Part shown: positions 1-6,000 of the stretch, in pieces
Position numbering within the stretch: the stretch's first letter is position 1
How the letters are laid out: each line of letters begins with the position of its first letter
Virus record (IMG/VR): IMGVR_UViG_3300035703_000222
Coordinates: 1 to 37,138 of that record
DNA length: 37,138 nt
Source: a virus
Lineage: Duplodnaviria; Caudoviricetes
Strand: one strand, 5' to 3'
Notes under the pieces: generated by a model
Databases searched by the model: none
Told to the model about the DNA's origin: nothing
The model's input: only the letters and a program-made list of their open reading frames with translations
Program-made: the position numbers and the translations under genes

Positions 1-1
1 T

Positions 2-3000
2 AACCTTCACTTCGTCTGCTCGCAAAGCTGAAAGCTCGTTTCGATACCCGCGAACAGCGCTACCCATGGATGCGAGTGTGCGTCGCTCTGCGAACCGATC
101 GCGCACGTCGTCGCGCTGCATGTACTCTGTGCCCCACAAGCTGTTCAGCTCGTTGAGCGCAGTCTCTGCAGTCTTGGCGTTCTCAAAGAACTCGGTCTGA
201 TTCTGCTTGCCAGTGTTCTGCTGATAGAAGCTGCGAAGAATCGGGATCTTGTTCTTATCAATCGCTGCATCAAGACCGATCTCTGTGGTGAGCATCACGG
301 AGTCAGCTGCGTCACGCGCAAAGCCGCCGGCACCGCCGGTCATAAAGCCGAACCAGTAGCGCAGCGTTTCAGGCGACACGTCGATGGCGCCCGAGTACGC
401 CGGCGTACCGCCAGTAGCCTCGTTCATGGCTTGAGACAGCTGTTGGAACATTGTTCCGCGAGTTGCCGTCCAGAACTTCTCGCTGTCCGGCTTGTTCGGT
501 TCGTACACCGAGTCCGGCATCAGCGGGATACCCTGCTCTGTCATGTTCGAAGCGCTGACCAAGATCGGATCGAGCAAGGTCGGTGCCGCAAACGTCGCCG
601 GGTTCTCTAGTGAACCGAACGGCGAGAAGTGGGTGAAGAAGGAGTCGCGCATGAAAGCGCCAACCTTCGCCAACGGCACCCCACGCTGCAGGTCGCTGAG
701 CGCGTAACCGATGTTCACGAAGAAGCCAGAGCCGTACGCCATCGGGATGGTGATGGTGTCTCCGTCCTCGGTGAAGAACAGCAGGTTCTTAATCTTTGCC
801 TGCTTGTATAGCTTCTTGTCCCAGTAAGGCTCGTCGTCATCCCCACTGTCGGCGGCGCCGAGTTGCGCAATCGCATAGCCCAGTGCAATCAATGAACCGC
901 CGAGCATTGCGCCAGCTTTGCCTGACTTGAAGATCAGGTTGTACGTCGCGCGGGTACCCTGAATGTTCGCGTTGGCAAACATGTAGAGCAGCCCAAGGTG
1001 TGGGGTCCACTTGCCCTTGCGATCGAAGTTCACCGTCACGTTCTTTGCGGCGTTGGTCGCGTCCTGCCGGTTTGCGCCGGCTTCGAGGCGAGCTAAGTAC
1101 GTCGCGAATCGCATGGAGGTTTCGATCGAGCCAGCGGCATCGAGCATCAGGTCTTCGACCTTGTTCACCACGCCAAGCATCTGTGTGCCGTAGGTGCGCG
1201 GATCAAGTGAGCCAGACGCCTGAGCAGCACGGAAGCGCTGCTGTATGTCTTGCTGGATGTCTTCGATTTCCTTGATGTCGAGGTAGCCGACCTTGCCGCC
1301 ATCAGCGCGGTACATGTCGTAGGCTTCCTTCAGCGTGACAGTGCGTGCAGGCTGACCCGGCTCACGGATAGTGATCGTGTCGTTGTTGCCCTGCCACGTA
1401 CCGTCTCGCTCAGCCTTCCATGCCACGCGCGCTGCTTTGTACAGACGTGCATACGCTTTGGCTGCGGTCTTCGGACCGTACTTCACCAAGTTCCAGAAGC
1501 CGCCAGTCTCGGTGTTGCGGATAGCGTCAATAAACACGAACGCCGGCGAGAGCGTGGTACGCAGCTTCGCGAGCGTCTGCATAACGCCAGACCACACGCG
1601 GAAGTACAGCTTCGCCTGATCGCCGCTGCCGATCGCGCCTGCCATTTGCAGGTCTTCGAGCATGCCCGGGTCTTTCACGCGGATGAACACGGGCTTACCC
1701 TGCACACGCACGGCGATCGTCTCGCTCGGGTCCTCGTTGACCTCGAAGGCGACACGCACGGTTCCTTGCGCGTAGCCAAGCGGGGACATGCCGCCCTTGT
1801 AGTACGAGCGCGAGACCTTCGGTGCGTTGACCTGCCACAGCTCTTGGTCCGGGTTGTCGCGGACAAACTGTAGAAGCAGTCGGTAGACCTTGTTCTTCTC
1901 GGCAAGCACGATGGCGTCCGAGTAGTCCTTCAGGATGTTCTCAAGGATCTGACCGGCGCGGGTCTCGCGACCCTTAGCTACCTTCACGAACGGGTTGCGC
2001 GGGTCGGTGCGTCCCGGCGATCCGACGCCAAGCGACTGACCAGTTGCTTCGTCAAAGTTCTCAAAGCCACGAAGCGGAACGTAGTTCGGGTTGTCCTTCT
2101 TCCACTGCGCAATGACCGCAGGCTCAACCAGTCCTTCGCTAAGCAGGACGTTCTGCGTCATCTGCGTAATGCGCTGGAACTCCCTCGCAATCTGAGCGAT
2201 CTGCGGGAAGTCACGGCGCGAACGGAAGCCGTTTACAATCTGCATTGCCTCGGCATTAGTCATACCTGAGCCGCCGTCAGTGCCGAACTGTGTCGGGTTG
2301 CGCTGCTGAATGATTGCGTTACGCTCCGGCGCGTACACGGCGTACAGATACTGAGCGACCTCGTCGAGGTTCACGCCTAGCTTCGCCGCCTTCTCAATCA
2401 GCGGGATCTCGACTTCCTTCTTGAAGCGATCGAGACGACCGCGCACTGCGCCACGCATACGCTGGCTTGCCGTAGTAACGTCTGTGTTACCAATGACATT
2501 GCCCTGCGCATCACGGATGTCGAGAGTGCCGCCCTGCTGTTCAACAGCCTGTTGCACATCTTCGACGCGCGACATGCGGTTCTCGAACAGGTTCTCGAAG
2601 TACTTCTCGCGCAGCGTGCGAGCTGGCAACGTGAAGCGCTGACCGGGGATCGGCACACGGCGAGCGAAGTTGCTGTTACGTAACGGCGTGAGCGCGCGAT
2701 TCGGTACGGAGCCGGGGTTCTTCGCGGTCGTCGGGGTGACCTTGGCAAGGCTGGGTAGCCCGCCCTTGATCTTCCCTGACAATGCAACCGCCTTACCTTT
2801 GTTGAAGTACAACAGGCTGCCGCTATTCAGTTCACGGTTGATCTCGGTCAGCGAGTTCGGCTCGTTCACCGGGTACACGCTGGCGATCTCGGACGCCTTG
2901 TCGTTTCCGTAACGCACGTCAGGGTGAACGATGGCGACCACAGGGTTGCCGTCTTTCACCATGTCCAGCACGACCTTGTAGCCGTACCGGCGCGTCATAG

Positions 3001-6000
3001 TGCCGCCTTCGCTGCGGATCACGGCGACCGGGTCGGCAATCATCTGCGGCACGGCGCGCAGCTCGTCAACGGTTAGTGCAATACGAGGAGCAGCCGGGAC
3101 AATGAGTCCAGCCGCATTACGGCGCACAGCGTCCGCGCTCGTAGACTTACCAACGAACTCTGGATTGACGACCTTGACGACCGTGCGCGGCTCGATGACG
3201 AGCAGCTGGTCGGGCGCGCCGACAGCGCGCAGTACGGAGGGGTTCTCGCTGATGCCGAAGAGTTTCGGCGCGCGAGGATCTTGGTTGGCGGCTAGCTCGA
3301 CGTCTCGTCGGCTGAATTGCCCGACTGACTCGGGCTCGGCTTTCTGACTGTCTGCGTCAGATACGTTTCCTGAGACGACTTGCCCTTGGTCGCGATCGAG
3401 GCGCGCAGCTGCTCTTTCAACTGCAACACGTATGGGTTGTCCGAACCATACTGGGCTTCCAGATCTTGTATTCGTTTCGGCAGTTGCTCGATCAATGTAC
3501 TCATCGTAGTTCTCCTTGCCGACGACGATCGTATCGTATTGGTAGGTCTTGGCAAATGCCACGCCGTCCATCGTCGACACTTCGGCGGCGATACTGTCTA
3601 GCTGGCGGGTCTTATCCTCCAGCACACGCTCAATGAATCCCTCTGTCAGCACGTCCTTGCGGAACTGCTCATCCCAGCGCATTGAGATCTCGGGGATGAA
3701 CTGCAGGCGCACACCGATGTACTGTCCGCTCTGAGCTCGCGGATCAACAGCTAGCGTAAAGCCGTCCGCGCCCTTCGACGTGAACTGCTCCAGCACAGGC
3801 ATAACAGCATCAAGCGCGCGCTGGTCTCGGAAGTAGAGCTCGACACCGGGGCGGGCGTTAGCGCTGTCTTCGTCCGGCTGCAGCACCTTGGACACGAAGA
3901 TGTCGTACTGGCTGTTTTCTTTGGAGACCTGTGCGATCTCCGCGATTGCCAGCGCCGGATTGTGTACGCCTTTTTCGACCGTCCACTCGGTGTCGAACGA
4001 CTGCTCAATAGTGTTGCCGTACAAGCCCTTGGTCGGCAGGACGCGCGCAGCGATAACGCTGCCATCTCGCTTGAGGGCGTACATCACCCGAGCCTGAGCA
4101 GAGCTAGCGGTGCCTTCCTCCGGAACCGTCTCGCCCTGCTGAACACTCCAGCCAGCGATGTAGCGCTCCATGGGCTGGCTTTCGATGTTCTCCTCGAAGC
4201 TTCCGCCCTCACCTTGCGCACTGGTCCAGCCGTTGCTCGCCCACAGTTCCTTCTCGACAAACCACGCAATGGCTTGCAGGTCAGGCGCAGTGACGTCGAT
4301 GCCTTCGTCGCGCAGGCGCTGGGCAACCTTATCCATCACGCGCGCACCAAATCCGAACTCGCCGGTAACAGCTGTTGCCTTAGTGTTCCAGTTACCCGTT
4401 ACGCCCTGCTCAGCCGGCGGCGGGATGCGGGCAAGCACGTTGTTACCCGCGGCAATGTTCGCCGCACGGCGCAGCATGCGAGCTGCCCATACGTCGATGG
4501 TTGCCATGTCGGATTGACCGATCAGGTTCAGCGCGAAGTTGCGAGCCTTCGGTGCCTGTCCCGGGTGTATCTGTCGCCACACGTTCAACAACGCCAGCAT
4601 GGCGTTGCCCGAGTTCATGCCATACAGCTTGCCGCTGATCTGGCGGATCTTGTCCTCGGACGGGTAGTCGCTCACATTGCCGCCGTCAGCGATGTAATCG
4701 GCGAACTTCTTCAGCTCAGCATTGAAGTCGCCACGCACGAACCGACGCATGACGTCGATCGAGAACACCCAGTTAGTATCGACCGGTGTGTTCGGCGAGG
4801 TGGCGCCGAGCAAGTCGGCGAGTAAGTCACCCATTCCACCAAACTCTCGGCGCAGCACTTCCGTGACGTTGCGATACCAGTTCTTGTGCGACAGGATGAC
4901 GTTGGCGTTCCGATCGCCAGCAACGGCGCGTCCATAGACGCCCTTCACTAGCTTGTAGAACTCGTCGCCAACCTTGTCCGCCCACGGCTCATTGAGTTTT
5001 TGCGGAGCGCGACCAACGCCATCGGGCACGTTGTACTTGTATGCAACGGGCGCCCAGTTGAGCTCTGCGTCGGCAGGGTCCTTATCTTTGGGAACCAACA
5101 CGCCGCGCACGAATAGCGGAGCCCAGCCCTGCGACTCAGGGAAACGGCGCTTCGTCTCGATGGCTTGCGCGATCAGGTCATCCAGTACAGCGCGCGGGAC
5201 TTTGTTCTTGATGCCATCACGCTCGATGGCTTGCTGCTCATCTGCTGAGAGATCTGCAGTCTCAGCGACAGCGCGCTCGGTGCGCTGCACCCCAAGGCGG
5301 AATCGATTCGCGGGAGTTGCTACCTGCTGTGTATTCGTAGCTGCCGGTATTGTTTCCGGCGCAACAGAAGGCGTTACCGGTTCTGCAACAGGCGCTGCAG
5401 CGGGTTGCTCGGGCTGTTCGCGAACTGCTGCCGGCGCGCCAGCAACTCCACGTCTTGACGCTGCTCGAACTGGTCGATCGTCTCGTTCTGCGGGCTGCTC
5501 TTCGACAGCTTCTCCAGAATACCGATCTGGCGCGAAGCCGATTGCGAGGTTGATTGGGTATCCATCTTCTTTGACTCTGCGGTTGAGTTCCGCATACATC
5601 TTCTCCTTCAGGTCGGCGACATTATACCGCGGTAAATCATTGATGGAGCCGTACGCCACACCATTTTTTCCGTTGTTCACGATGCGGAGAGGCACGTTGG
5701 CAAACAGCGTCAACAGCTGTCGCGCCACGTTAGATGCTCCGTCGTGAGCCTCAGCCAATACCTCGATTGGCACCGTACGACCTACGCGCTCAGCACGCTT
5801 CATGGCACGACCAAGCGAGTCCATGGCGTCCGAGTTGATGTAGTAAACCTCGGTCGGAAGTCCTGACGCGAGCGACTTGTTAATCAAAGAAGTCGCTGTA
5901 TCCAGTTTGCTAAGTGTACCGTCGTACAGAATGACGTTCGGCGATCGCAGGTTGAGCTGCTTAACCGCAAATCCCTTACCTGATCCGCCGCCGCCAGCCG

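Noticed and set aside
2398-2787. 129-aa minus-strand off-frame ORF after the MuF-C-like domain as a third nested gene
   Set aside because: TTG start without an AAGGAG-type site, Arg/Ser/Cys-rich junk composition, and it overlaps sequence where the main frame has normal codon use.
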